From Negaprion brevirostris (lineage: Eukaryota), in assembly GCA_030324005.1 (NCBI GenBank), contig JARDVH010000042.1:74814512-74878061 (forward strand): DNA of 63,550 nt, read 5' to 3'. Under the pieces are notes generated by a model. It saw only the letters and a program-made list of their open reading frames with translations. It was not told where the DNA came from and did no database searches. This document shows positions 12,411 to 24,565 of this stretch, piece by piece. Both the position numbers and the translations under genes were made by a program. Position 1 is the first letter of the stretch. Every line of letters starts with the position of its first letter.

Positions 12411-12732
12411 GGTGGCACGATGGCACAGTGGTTAGCACTGCTGCCTCACAGTGCCGGGGACCCAGGTTCGAGTCCTGGCTTGGGTCACTGTCTGTGTGGA
12501 GTTTGCACATTGTTTCCGTGTCTGCGTGAGTTTCATCCGGGTGCTCTGGTTTCCTCCCACAGTCCAAAGATGTGCACGTTAGGTTGATTGGCCATGCTAA
12601 ATTGCCCCTTAGTGTCAGGGTGTTAGTAGGGTAAATAAATAGGGTTATGGGGATAGGGCCTGGGTAGGATTGTGGTCAGTGCAGATCCGATGGGCCCAAT
12701 GGCCTCCTTCTGCACTGTAGGATTCTATGGAT
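12411..12732 (+). mobile_element. Full-length HE1-type V-SINE
   Basis: tRNA-derived head with A box (tggcacagtgg) and B box (ggttcgagtcc), V-domain (gtgtggagtttgcac...ggtttcctcccacagtccaaaga) and CR1-derived tail (ggcctccttctgcactgtaggattctatg). Confidence 0.92.
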
Positions 12733-13515
12733 TTTCAGTGCAATTTCTCAATTGTGGCCAAGCAGAGAGTCTACCCAATAAATAACTAATTGAAAAATCT
12801 TAAAACCTATAGTGAGCAAGAAACTGTTACGTCACTGGAAAAATGCCAATTTGTCTCTGGAGCAAGTTTTATAAGGCTGTAGATTGAAGTGTCCAGAAAT
12901 TGGAGGCAGAATCTTTATAGCCACTGAGGGAGAGGGGGAATGGGAGCTGGGTTCAGTTGAGCACAGGGATTTAAAACCCCCAAAAAGTAGCATCAGGTTG
13001 GAAATCCAGCATGATCCTGTCCAATTCTAAATTTAACTGGGGCACATTTGGAGTTTGAGATTGTGTTGGTTGGCATATCAGGTTACACGACGATGCATTC
13101 ATGTGGGAATGGAGCCTCCTTGGTTATCACAAAGCTCTGCTTAATGTGAGTTTGTGGGCGGATGTCCCTGTGGCGATCCCGGGTAATTAAATGCAATATT
13201 TACAAAGGGGAAGAATTTAACTCAGCATTCTGGTTTTAACAGCCAATGCATGCCTTTTTCAAGCTATGCGAAGCTCCCCAGTGTCGATAAGGCAAGGACG
13301 TGTTTAGTGAGGCAGACAGACTGAAAGTCTTTAAACAGTAAAACTGCTTAGCTGCAGGACAGCCTATGCAAAAAGCTTGTGCTCACAACACTCATTAAAG
13401 AGACAGTTTGTTTGCAGCTTCACAAGTGATTTCCATCTTTTTGGAAGGCACTTAGCCTACTATTGACTTTACTCAGCTTGATCTGATTTTCCCTTGCTGT
13501 CACCCTTCACAGCAC

Positions 13516-13689
13516 AGTAAGAAGTCTCACAACACCAGGTTAAAGTCCAACAGGTTTATTTGGCAGCACAAGCTTTTGGAGTCTCAGTCTCCCTCTTCAC
13601 TCACCTGAAGAAGGAGTCTAAGACTCCAAAAGCTTGCGCTGCTAAATAAACCTATTGGACTTTAACCTGATGTTGAGAGACTTCTTACT
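13516..13689. repeat. Foldback (84-bp arms, 6-nt loop) of two Penelope terminal-repeat ends with hammerhead motif
   Basis: Arms 13516-13599 and 13606-13689 are 76/84 complementary; the arm sequence is homologous to ~44790-44880. Confidence 0.9.
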
Positions 13690-13880
13690 AAGACACTCTG
13701 TCAGAGAGTCATTGCAGACTTGATGGGTTGAATAGCCTCCTTCTGCACATAGAGATTCTATGGGATTTTGAAAAGCTTTTNNNNNNNNNNNNNNNNNNNN
13801 NNNNNNNNNNNNNNNNNNNNNNNNNNNNNNNNNNNNNNNNNNNNNNNNNNNNNNNNNNNNNNNNNNNNNNNNNNNNNNNN

Positions 13881-13958
13881 GATGTTCATTCATCCGTTGT
13901 CGTAGCGTCTGCATGGTCTCCCCAATGTACCATGCTTCGGGACATCCTTTCTTGCAAG
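13881..13958 (-). mobile_element. Penelope-like GIY-YIG endonuclease fragment
   Basis: CKKGCPEAWYIGETMQTLRQRMNEH; truncated by the 100-N gap. Confidence 0.85.
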
Positions 13959-13959
13959 T

Positions 13960-16832
13960 TACAGGAGCACCAGGAATAGTCAGTAATGATATTATGGTCA
14001 TAGTGGGAGCTTGGCTTGAAGGAGGACAAGAACGGGCATTAAAAATTCTTGAGTAAGTGGTATTCAGGAAAGATCAGGAAGGAAAAAAACCGGGAGAGAT
14101 AACAACACTGAATAAGGAGTGCAGTACAGTTCTGGAGAAAAACATGTCCCAGAGGGGTCAAGGACAGAATCTATTTAGTTAGAGCTAAGAAACAATAGAG
14201 GTACCATTACATATTGTGTATGCCACCAACTAGTGGGAAAGATATAGGGGAGTAAGTTTGCAGGGAAATTACAAGAGGTGCAAGAATTATAGAGTAGTCA
14301 TAATGGGGGAGGGGAAGCTTTAATTATCATAATACAAACTGGGATAGTAATAACGTAAAAGGCAAGAGACGGGCAAGAATTTCTACATTGTGTTGAGAAA
14401 GGTCTCAGTCCTATGAGGAAGGAGGATTTGCTGCATTTTGATCTGGGGGGTGAGGTAGATCAGTTGGATAAAGTGTCAGTGGAGGAACGTTTGGGGAACA
14501 GTACCATAAGGTTTAGGATTGCTTTGGATGAGAACAAGGAGCAATTCAGATTAAAAATAATTAACTGGGGAGAACCTACCTCAATGAAGTGTGAATGGAC
14601 CAGCCTAGATACATTAGATCAGAGATTGGGAGTCAAAACTAAACAATAGGCTGCCTTCAAAGAGAGGCAGTTCAGGTATAGTCAGGGCAAATTTTCACAA
14701 GGGATAAAGGAACAGTGCACAACTATGCAAATCTCATAGACAGTTATGTGAAACAGAAAAGAGGCCATGGGAGATGTCATATGAATAACACAACTAAAAA
14801 CTGGACTCAGTATGGAAGATTAAGAGTCGAAATGAAAGAACAAATAGGAAGAAGACTAGCAACTAACAGAAAAGGGAATCCAAAAGCCTTCTATAGGCAG
14901 ATAAATAGTAAAGGGGTAGTAAAAGGAAGAATGAGGCCCAATAAAAGGGGATTTATGCTTGGAGCCAGGATTTAAGGCTATGATATAAAAAAAAATACTC
15001 TGCGCTAGTCTACTGATTCATCCACCATTTCCCCACTGTACCCCAAAGGAGAGAAAATGTGGTTAAAGATCAAAACAAGCATATAAAAAGACATTGATGA
15101 AGTGTTACTTAATAGGCTTGTCAGCAAAGTCAGTGGTATAAATGAATTGGATTATATGCTGAGTGTGGGCTCTCCACACCCCAGTGTAAATGTTGGGAAT
15201 GAGCCTGACTCACACTACTTTTTTGACCGGTAAGCCTTTTATTACTTTGAGGGGAGATTGCTTCCTCTCTTCAGGATGAATTCCTGCTTCATAGAGCTGC
15301 TGACTGATCAGATATTGGAAGCTCTGCAGTAGTGGCAGTGACACTGGGAGTGGCAATCACTGTCAATACTGCAACTAGGGCAAGGAAGAGGCATTCAGCA
15401 ATGGATCCAGAACTTCAGCTAAGTGAGGGATCTCGCCCAGGCTGCAAACTCCATAGAGGGGAATGAGTGAAGTAGTGGGGCATGTTGGACTGGGTTTTGG
15501 GAGGTTGAGGATGGGGCTGCATTGGTGGGGAGAAAGAATGGGACTAGGGAAGGAAAACTGTGAGGGGAGCAAAGCGGCACATTGGGCACAGGCCTTTCCC
15601 ACAAGTGAGGTGAAATGAGGCCTTATTCTCAATTTTACCATGGGCAGGCAGTTTATCAACGCTGCTCGTAAAGTCATGGTGGGGGCTGAGATGGGCACTG
15701 GGGTGAGTGGTTCGGCAGCGGGCATGCTGCTGATGGCATGATGCCCTATTTTGCAAGTCCATCCATCTACTTTCCCACCACTGTGTGGTCCATAAAATCA
15801 GCAACATGGATACAAAGCTGACTCAGTGACTGGAAATAGGAAGTAGGAATATTGTTTTTTGAACTGGAGGAAAATTATTTCGTAAAGTTCTCCAGGAGTT
15901 GGTGTGAGGACATCTCCTTCTTTTTGTACAAATTAATGAACTAGACCTGGGAGTACAGGGCACAATTCCAAAATTTACAAAAACATTGTGAGGCGGAAAT
16001 GCTGAATTTAAAAAGGACATAAGATAGGTTGGTGAAATGGGCAGGCAATTGGCAGATAAAATTTAATGTGGCAAAGTGAGAAATGAGTCATTTTGATAGG
16101 AAGAGTAGATGCAATGTAAAATAAAGCACACAATTCTAATGGGGTGTAAGAGCAAAAGGATCTTTTGATATATGTGCAGAAATGATTGAAGGTGGCTGGG
16201 AAGATTCAGGACATTATTAATAAAGCAAACAGGATCTTGAGCTTTATAAATAGGAGTACAGAGAATAAAAACAAGAAGTTGTGAAATCTATATGTAACAC
16301 TGGTTCAGCCTCAACTGGAGTACTGTGTCCTATTCCGGGCGCCATACTTTTGGAAGGAGATAAAGACGTTAGCGAGGATGTGGAAAACATTCACAAGAAT
16401 GATTCCAGGGATGAGGAACTTTAGCTATTGGGGTTGTCCTACCTGGAGAAGAGAGAATTAAAAGCAGATTTGATAGAGGTATTAAAAATCACAAGGAGTC
16501 AGGCCTGAGTATATTGGGCGAGACTGTTTCTATTGGCAGAAGGATCGAGAAACAGAGTACACTGAAATAAGATGATTAGCAAAAGAAGTAATGTTGACAT
16601 TAGAAAAAACTTTTTTGCACATTACTTGGTTAGGATTTGGAATGCACTGTCTCTGTGTGTGATGAAGACAGATCCAATTGAGGCCTTCTAAATAGAGTTA
16701 GATAATTGTCTGAAAAGGAAAACAATTGCAGGGCTTTGGGGAGTAAGTTTAAATGAGTTGTTCTTGGAGAGCTGACACAAACATAACAACTCAAATGGCC
16801 CCCTTTGCGCTGCAAACATTCCATGATTCTAT
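13960..16832 (+). mobile_element. Long decayed CR1 LINE ORF2 (endonuclease to RT to 3' tail), interrupted at ~15140-15790 by a MITE-like insert
   Basis: LATNRKGNPKAFYRQINSK; cagcctcaactggagtactgtgtcctattccgggcgcca (QPQLEYCVLFRAP); CR1 tail caaacattccatgattcta. Confidence 0.85.
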
Positions 16833-18136
16833 AATACCAAGCACGCCTTCACTGTGGATCACGTTGCCTGTTGTTGTTAAGATGTTAGTGTTGTGTGCTC
16901 TTTTCTGTATGAGGAGCAGCAGAGAGTTATGAGTGTGAGAAAGGAAATGTGTTGAGGGAGGGAAATGAGACTCTTTGTGGAGGACAACTGTGAGGCATTG
17001 GTGTGAAATGGCAGTACAATGAGGTGGAGTAGCTCCTCAGCTGAGAATATAAGGAAGTGCTCGAAGGGAGAGGAATGAGTGGAGCTACAAGGCGTGAAGG
17101 TTTGAGGGCGCAGTGCATGATAATGCTGCAGAATTCAGGATATGGAGATTAACACATGGAGTGTGCAGCCTCCCTTGGTCTCCTTTTCATCCTTGTGTTT
17201 GTTGAAGGCTGTTATTTTTGTACAGTTCAACCATTCCCAATGGTAATTTGAATCTATGGTCCCAAGACAAAGGAATCTGGCAAAATCAACCAAGCAAGGT
17301 AAACAGCTAATCACAATGAAGAACTTTCACAGACGGCAAACAGGAAGTAAAATGCACTGATTTTTTTTTGTATGTATAGTGAAATAAAGATTGGAACACA
17401 CACACTAGAAACTGAAATATCATAAACAACCTTTAAAAGTAATAATTCGTATTAGATAGGGTGAGGAATTTTACAGCACCTCCTGCCGGTGGGATTTTCT
17501 AAACTTGTCGAAATCAATGGACTTTTCAAATGGCTCGCCACATTTTCTGGCCATACCCCTGCCATGACATGGCCATAAAATTCCACCATGCAAAATTATG
17601 AGCTTAATGGAAAAAAATGATATTACGTAAATAAAAAATTAGTTTTCTAGGGCCAGAGAAGAATCTCCACTGTAGTTAATTAGTACATGATTAAAACCCC
17701 AGTTACAATTTATTAACAATGTTTAATCTTTCCGGTGTGTTTTAACAGTGATATTGCAATGCAAAAGGGTGAGCTCTTGTCAATTCAGTGATTTCTATTT
17801 GATTTTCATCTGCACAGTCTGTAAAGCACAACCTCAAGGGGAGCAGAGAATCACTGAAAACAACTTCTGAATTCCCATGTTTAGCTGCATATATATTCCC
17901 TGTCTAATTTGCTGTCAGTTTCAGACGATTAGTGATAGCAAATGTTGACAGTTCACTGTCATTATTTCTGCAAAATCTGAGTTTATAACTCTGTATTTAA
18001 CATAACTTTCAACTAACAAGTAACTGTGAGATGAACTCAAATTCTATATCTATTACTCAGAAAAAAATAAGCTACAAACAACCTAAGTGTAGATTGATTA
18101 ATCAACAGATAAAAAGAAGCAACAGAAGACTCCAAA

Positions 18137-18261
18137 ATGGCTCCCGTTGTTGTTATTTATGATTTGTCATCTATCAGAAGCATTTGGGAAGGAAGAATAA
18201 TAAAGCATAAAGAACGGCAGAAGAAAGAGAGGGAAAGACTGGAAAAAAGTGCATTGGCAAA
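18137..18261 (+). CDS. LRRC2: LRRC2 coding exon 1 (MAPVVVIYDLSSIRSIWEGRIIKHKERQKKERERLEKSALA[K])
   Basis: ATG at 18137 in context aaaATGG; 125 nt; donor AA|GTAAGT at 18262. Peptide matches the recalled LRRC2 N-terminus (VVxxDxSxIRxxWExRxxKHKxxQKKExERLEKSAL). Absent from the ORF track because it is short. Confidence 0.95.
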
Positions 18262-18524
18262 GTAAGTTGTGTTTATTGTGTGCACCAAATCAATTCATGG
18301 ACCAAAAAAATCTAACCATAATTCTCAGATGCTTATCTCTTTTGCTTAATCAACGTGCAAGTTGTTTGTTAGCATAACTTCAATGGTAAACTGTTCATAA
18401 ACTGCATCCACTGACAAAAACATGCACATTGGGGGGGTATTCACTGACCATGATCACCATGGGCAGGAATCCCAATCAACTGCTGAATGGGATGTGGGCC
18501 ACCCCAGTTTTCCCACTGGTATGG

Positions 18525-18733
18525 TGTAATAAGTCTTCAGAGATAGAAGTCCCTTCATCAAAATCCCTTTATTTACAATGCAAACAGCAGTCTACCTTCA
18601 GGAGTGCCAGAGGAACTGACACCCCCTGTTAAATACAAGGAAAAACTCCCTGATTGGCCCATCAATTGACTCCTTAATCAGGGAGTTCATATTCCAATAG
18701 GCCAATGACAATGGCCTGATTGAAGTCATTGCA
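18525..18733 (-). mobile_element. Solo LTR
   Basis: TGTAAT...ATTGCA ends, flanks tatgg/tgtgg (4/5 TSD), AATAAA on the minus strand; homologous to 23902-24138. Confidence 0.75.
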
Positions 18734-19129
18734 TGTGGGCACTTAGTGCCAATTCAGGTAAATCACGACCATTGTGTTTAATCTTGTTGATAATGGTTTG
18801 AAAAGCTTAATGTTTAAAGTTTTAAAAATGTTCATTATCTGGTGAAAGGCAACACTGGTTCACAATGATGTCAGAGAACTTCAGACTAGTAATATTTTAA
18901 GATATAATTAGAGGAATTGGACAAGGCCAACAAATAGGTGGAAGGATCCCAATATACAGTTAAGTTTCTCATAAAACAGCAGACAGACTTTGTGCTGCCT
19001 GCTTATTTAAAAAATTGCAAAGATAACTTACTGCTGAGTGACTTTACATTTCAACCAATGTCCTGCGTTAGTTCAAGGTGTATCTGCACAACTTAAATCA
19101 AGCCTACACCTCTTAAAGGGAGGTGCATC

Positions 19130-20100
19130 CTGACTGGAGGAGGTGATGGCCATGCCTTGGGGAAAGTGCCTAACCCATAAGAAGAGTGAATATAGTGTCA
19201 CAATGGAGGGAATACTCTCTCAAGACTCTTAGATCTTGTTGCTGGGGGTGGTCAGGAGAAATGATGTCCTCTACCCACAGGGCACCGGGAGACTCTAAAG
19301 AATGGAAACAGATATCCATCACAACCACTACCAAAAGTGTAGCCCAAAGGATGCAATGCTGCAAGAATGGCCTCGCATGGGTGCCCTAGATCAGTGAGTG
19401 CATCTTCAAATATCACATCCTTATAACTGAACAGTAGCCTCATTCACAGCTCCACTCAACACCCTCATTTCACTTTCAATCCTTCCAACATTCTCTTATA
19501 TTCTTAGCTTCACATGACCCCCATGCACGTACCAGTGCTGCAAATTTCACATCCACAATCCCGAAGCTTGCTCACATTGCTAGTCATTGATCAACAATAA
19601 GCTCATTGCATAAACACATTGCACCACATCCACTGATACACTTGTCTTTCTCTTGAAAGGCAAGGTCATGCTGAAATGCAGGAAGCAGCACCCAGCCGCT
19701 GCGGGTGCAAGTGGGGATAGGATTGGCATGGTTGCATGTTCTCATCTTGATGAGGGAATGGTGCTGGAAATCATGAAATCATTGGAGAGATCTCGGCTAA
19801 TATTGGGGATGGAAACATAAAAAGATGTTGGTAGGTTACTACCTAATCCACCTTTTCACATTCCCTTTTCCACTCACTCCATCCAAATTTTCTGAGCGCC
19901 TTGCTGCAGGTGATCAAAGTATGCACCCCACTGCATCCCGACTCTTGTGCTTTCTCCTTTTAGACACCCAAGATTTGCCACCTAGCCGGAAATTGGTATC
20001 AACATGAAGTCTGAGAGGAATAAGAGACTGAAACAAAACCTCTAGGGCTTGCCTAGATCACAAGCTATCAGTTCAACCCACTGGGTCTGCACAATGCTCT
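19130..20100 (+). mobile_element. Harbinger Myb/SANT-like ORF relic
   Basis: WKQISITTTTKSVAQRMQCCK resembles the Myb/SANT (trihelix) W..VA..V....R...QC.K motif; similar remnants at 41560-42440 and 56500-58400. Confidence 0.45.
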
Positions 20101-20177
20101 GAAAGAGAGTCTTACCCAGGCAGGCAGGCAGCCCATTCCACCACCACCACCACCCCACCACCCCCCACCGCCCTCCC

Positions 20178-20411
20178 TTGCCCAATCTCCACAACCCTGC
20201 ACGTTTACCATGGCCAAGCCACCTAACCTATACATCTTTGGACACTAAGGGGCAATTTAGCATGTCTATTCACCTAACCTGCACATCTTTGGACTGTGGG
20301 AGGAGACCGGAACACCTGGAGAAAAACCACACAGATACTGGGGGAACGTGCAAACTTTTCACAGTTACCTGAGGCTGGAATCGAACCTGGATCGCTGGCA
20401 CTTTGCGACAG
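20178..20411 (-). mobile_element. HE1-type V-SINE (head lost in the N gap)
   Basis: Reverse complement of the V-domain and B box (ggaatcgaacc). Confidence 0.85.
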
Positions 20412-22460
20412 NNNNNNNNNNNNNNNNNNNNNNNNNNNNNNNNNNNNNNNNNNNNNNNNNNNNNNNNNNNNNNNNNNNNNNNNNNNNNNNNNNNNNNNNN
20501 NNNNNNNNNNNNNNNNNNNNNNNNNNNNNNNNNNNNNNNNNNNNNNNNNNNNNNNNNNNNNNNNNNNNGCCACAAAGCACTTGGAACCCAAGACTCCCAT
20601 GTAAGGACACAGTCTTAAAGGTCAATACAGCCAATCTCTCAATTAACTTCAATGGAATGACACCAAGTTCCTCTTGTTGTAAACTATTCAAAGTATTTGA
20701 TTCAAGGAGCTGTTATCATTGCTGCTAGTATTACATTATGGCTGGCACACCATGCCTTTCAATGACGGTAGGTTGCACCCTCAATTCTGCCCACTGTGCT
20801 CTCACCAGTCTCACCTTGTCACATTGCCAACATGGCATTTGACCAGTGCAGTGTTAGGCAAGAGACACTGCACCCATAAAATGGCTCTTCATTGGCTTCT
20901 TATTCATCCTGATAGGCTATATGTTGTACCTAACGTGACAGGCAACCTGGGAAATTCAGACGGAGGCAGAAAAGCATCGGGTTATTTACCCAAGGCATTT
21001 ATTTTCCATTTGCACCACCTCCCAAGGTCTGGGAATATTCCCTCCGGTGAATCACTAGACATGAGTCGGCTGTAGCCAGATTGGGGGAGAGGTGCCAACA
21101 GAACTGCAAATGTGTTTCACTGCAGAGGACTCAGTTGGAGATTTCTATGGCATGGCATAGAGAAGAAGGTTAGTGGGTTAGCAAAATGAAATGCTGGGAG
21201 GATTGACTGGCCCGCCGAAAGCCCTGATGTCATTGACTAGGAGCATGCAGGAATCCAATTACAAATTGGCACAGGGTTGAATGTAGAGCTTGGAGCCCAT
21301 CACTTTGTAGCTTCAAAATGATGCCAATTCCATGAGAACACTTGTAGACACAACCATGATGCAGGTTTGATGGCAGATGTCTCAACTCCCATTGCAACAC
21401 AAGCAGATGCCACACTGGACTGGAAGATCAGGAGGCGATCTTATCGGATTGCCACACTGGTCAATCAACATGGTGAGCTGGTAAGATCGGCGGAGGTGTG
21501 AAATATCAGACTCACACATGGTTTCCTGCCTCTCATAGTGATACCGACTCTGAATTGTTGGTGAAATCAACCTCATTCTCAGGAAGGGCGTGATGCTGAT
21601 TTAAATATTCACTGGAAATTTCACTATAATTAGTGAGTCCTGGAAGCAATCGTCCAGACTCACTTATCCTTACCTGTTCGTCCATGGAGGTTTTCATCAG
21701 CGAGGATCATGTACGATCGCCAGCAACGGGGACCTGACATGATGGCCTTCCCGGTAGGACTGGAGGCTATTGAGGACCCCAGGTGGATGGGTAGGCAGTG
21801 CCTGTTGGTCAGTGCCACCCTGGCACCAGNNNNNNNNNNNNNNNNNNNNNNNNNNNNNNNNNNNNNNNNNNNNNNNNNNNNNNNNNNNNNNNNNNNNNNN
21901 NNNNNNNNNNNNNNNNNNNNNNNNNNNNNAGGGAGGCTCAGTGTTAAGCAGCTAACAAGTGCTTTGTCAACTTGGGAACATAAAGTTTATTTCACTTCTT
22001 GGTCACCGCATTATTCCATGTGTTTTATTTTATAATGTTGATTTTAATTTTATAGTTAATTTCTTCATTATTATCATTCTGCACATTCAAAAAAGCCTTT
22101 ATAAAACAATTTATTAAAAGTTTTGGCAAAGCTGTTACATTCAGCACTCTTATGCAAAATTTATCAGAGCATAGTATGGCTGGTACTGTCAGAGGTCCTG
22201 ATTTGCATCTGTGATGTTAAATCCAGGACCTGTCTGCTCCTTGCAGCGCATGTAGAAGTTCCCAGGGCACTATGTGAAAATCAACTGAGTTCTCACTGGT
22301 GCTTAGACCAACATTCATTCTTCACCAACATGACTAACTTGTCATTGTCACCTTGTGGTTTGCTGAATCTAGCTGTGCAGAAGGTGGGGGGAAGCGACTG
22401 GAATGGGAGGGAGGGAACTCTGCAGAAGGCGGTCGATTCTCCGGTACTGCGTGAGACTAT

Positions 22461-23387
22461 GGGCATGATCTTACCAGCTCAGCATGCCAATTGTGCTGAG
22501 CCACTAAGATAGGGTGAGAGGTGAAAAATTGTTTGCATCCAGTTTGTCACTCCTCACAATCATACCTGCCCTGTTTTCCTGGCGAAATCAGCCTCGCACC
22601 CTTCAATATTGATGACATGACTTACATGTAATTAGCGAGTCCCAGACTCTATTGTCCAGGCTCACTTACCTTAATCCCCTCAACAGTCGATGTCTTCACC
22701 AGTGAGAATCACAGATGGCCCCCACTAATAGGGACCAGACGTGAAAACCTCTTGGTGGGACTGGAGGACATTGAAGCCCCCTGGTGGCTTGGGGCAGGGC
22801 CAGCCAGTGACCATGGACAGTGCAAGACTGACAGTGCCTGCCTCGCACCCTGGCACTGTCTTCCTGGCACCCTGGCAGTGCCTTAGGGGGTGGAGCCTGA
22901 GGGGCAGAGCATGAGGGGATGGAATCTGACAGGGATGGCAGGTGGGAGCTCCATAGGGGGCAAGGGAAAGAGGGATTTGATGATAGGGCTGTGATCAGGG
23001 GTCTAATTGGTGGGGGTGGCAATTGGTAGGGGGTGGCGATGAGAGGCGGACATCTGGGAGGGACATTATCCGAGGTGGGTGGGGCGATATCTAGGGTGAA
23101 GGGGACAATCGGGTGGGGGCCATGTCGAGGAAAAGGTGGGTGAGGGGGATCTCCCACACTTTATTCAGTGCACTGGGAGATTGGGGTGCCTGTGCAATGG
23201 TGCTCTATAGCTTTGAAGCTGGGTTTCTGATGTGAATAGGCCCTGCCTACTCCTCTGCTAGCAAGAATCAAATAATGCCTCATTTATTTTCTAAGTGCCA
23301 CATGATTGCATCTGGGAGCTCAGCACAGTTCTCTCTCCATTTTCATGCTTATTTGGCACTAAGAACAATTTTGGTAAGATTGCACTC
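22461..23387. mobile_element. Non-autonomous Harbinger-type element (related copies ~21440-21830 and ~24810-25563)
   Basis: TIRs gggcatgatcttacc / ggtaagattgcactc; G-rich interior and subterminal sequence shared with the 24810-25563 copy. Confidence 0.65.
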
Positions 23388-23389
23388 TC

Positions 23390-23830
23390 AGACTGCCATG
23401 TAACTGAAACTTGCTGTCATGGAGGTGCCATTATGCTGCCATTATGGTTGCAGATACAAGTTCTTAAAGGAGCTTGCATGTTCTTTTGGCAATCTATGAG
23501 AATTGCTAGGATTATGAGACACAATGTGGGAGTGCTGGTGGCACTGTGGAACAGTCACATGAAAGTAAACGTGAGATTTTATTGTCCCAACACGACTACT
23601 CCACTTGCTGTTGGCTGTCAGCCCAGATTGCTGTTGACCGTGGTGCAGTCCAAAGTTGAACTTTTAGAGCCAGACCTACTCAAGAGCATCTTCTGAGGCC
23701 AAATGCATTTCCCCTCCATCAAAAGTCAGTAGCCTTTCACCAGGCAGGGTGCACCTTCTGCATGAGAACATTAGGCCAGGGACACCCAAAAGACAGGCAC
23801 TAAAGACTGCCTGGCACCACACCCCCCTCC
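23390..23830 (-). mobile_element. Highly decayed Harbinger transposase fragment
   Basis: Minus-strand remnants ICNHNGSIM and HDSKF echo the LVCDH and HDS motifs of HARBI1-like transposases. Confidence 0.35.
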
Positions 23831-23901
23831 TCGTGGTGCACTCACATCACGGCAGCCCCCTCCCCCACCCCTAACGCATGCGGAATCCATGGCAGGCTGT
23901 T

Positions 23902-24138
23902 TGTAATTGAGTCCTTGGAGGCAGAAATCCCTTCACTAAAATCCCTTTATTTACAAGTCTTGACAACAGCATACAGAGCGCTTTCAGTTCGCAGTCTACA
24001 CTAGGAGTCCCACAGGAACTGACTCTCCTGATTAATTACAAAGCAAGAGGCTCCCTGATTGACCCATCAATTTGACCCTTAATCAGGGAGTTCATTTTCT
24101 AACAGGCCCACCTCAATTGCCTGATTAAAGTTATTACA
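23902..24138 (-). mobile_element. Solo LTR (same family as 18525-18733)
   Basis: Perfect 6-bp terminal inverted ends TGTAAT...ATTACA; shared aaaatccctttatttacaa and ctccctgatt...aatcagggag. Confidence 0.75.
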
Positions 24139-24339
24139 CAGTCTCTTAACTTTCTCCACAAGAATTGATCATCCCTCCTGCACCAAATCTAAGCATACAG
24201 CAAGGGCACCATTTTGGTATAAAAATAGCACAATTTGCAGATGCTACAGATCTGAATTTTGTGGTCATGATTTTGAATTTACATGATCTTGTAGCACAAT
24301 GTTTAAAATCTTACGTCATTTTATCATTTCTTATTTAAG

Positions 24340-24565
24340 GATTAATGAAGACTGGAACCTGCGACTTGAACGTAGAAAAAGAGCCATTAACATGTACATT
24401 CAGCGGAGAAAAGATCAATTAAATGGCGAAATGCATGTTGGAAGGAACCATCTAACTAACACTGGAAAGGACAGTCAGCTCATTGGATATTTATCAGAAC
24501 TGAGGAAGAATATCATCATCGAAGAGAGAAAATTTATTTTTGAATTGCAAGGATTAGAGTGGAAG
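24340..24565 (+). CDS. LRRC2: LRRC2 coding exon 2 (INEDWNLRL...KFIFELQGLEWK)
   Basis: Acceptor tttcttatttaag|G; 226 nt; continues phase 2 (AA+G=Lys); donor AAG|GTTTGT. Ends match LRRC2 (IxEEWN...FVFELSGEHW). Confidence 0.92.

Noticed and set aside
22696-23157. Proline-rich 153-aa ORF (and Gly-rich ORF 24946-25437)
   Set aside because: These are translations of the G-rich interior of non-autonomous TIR elements, with no coding or splice support.
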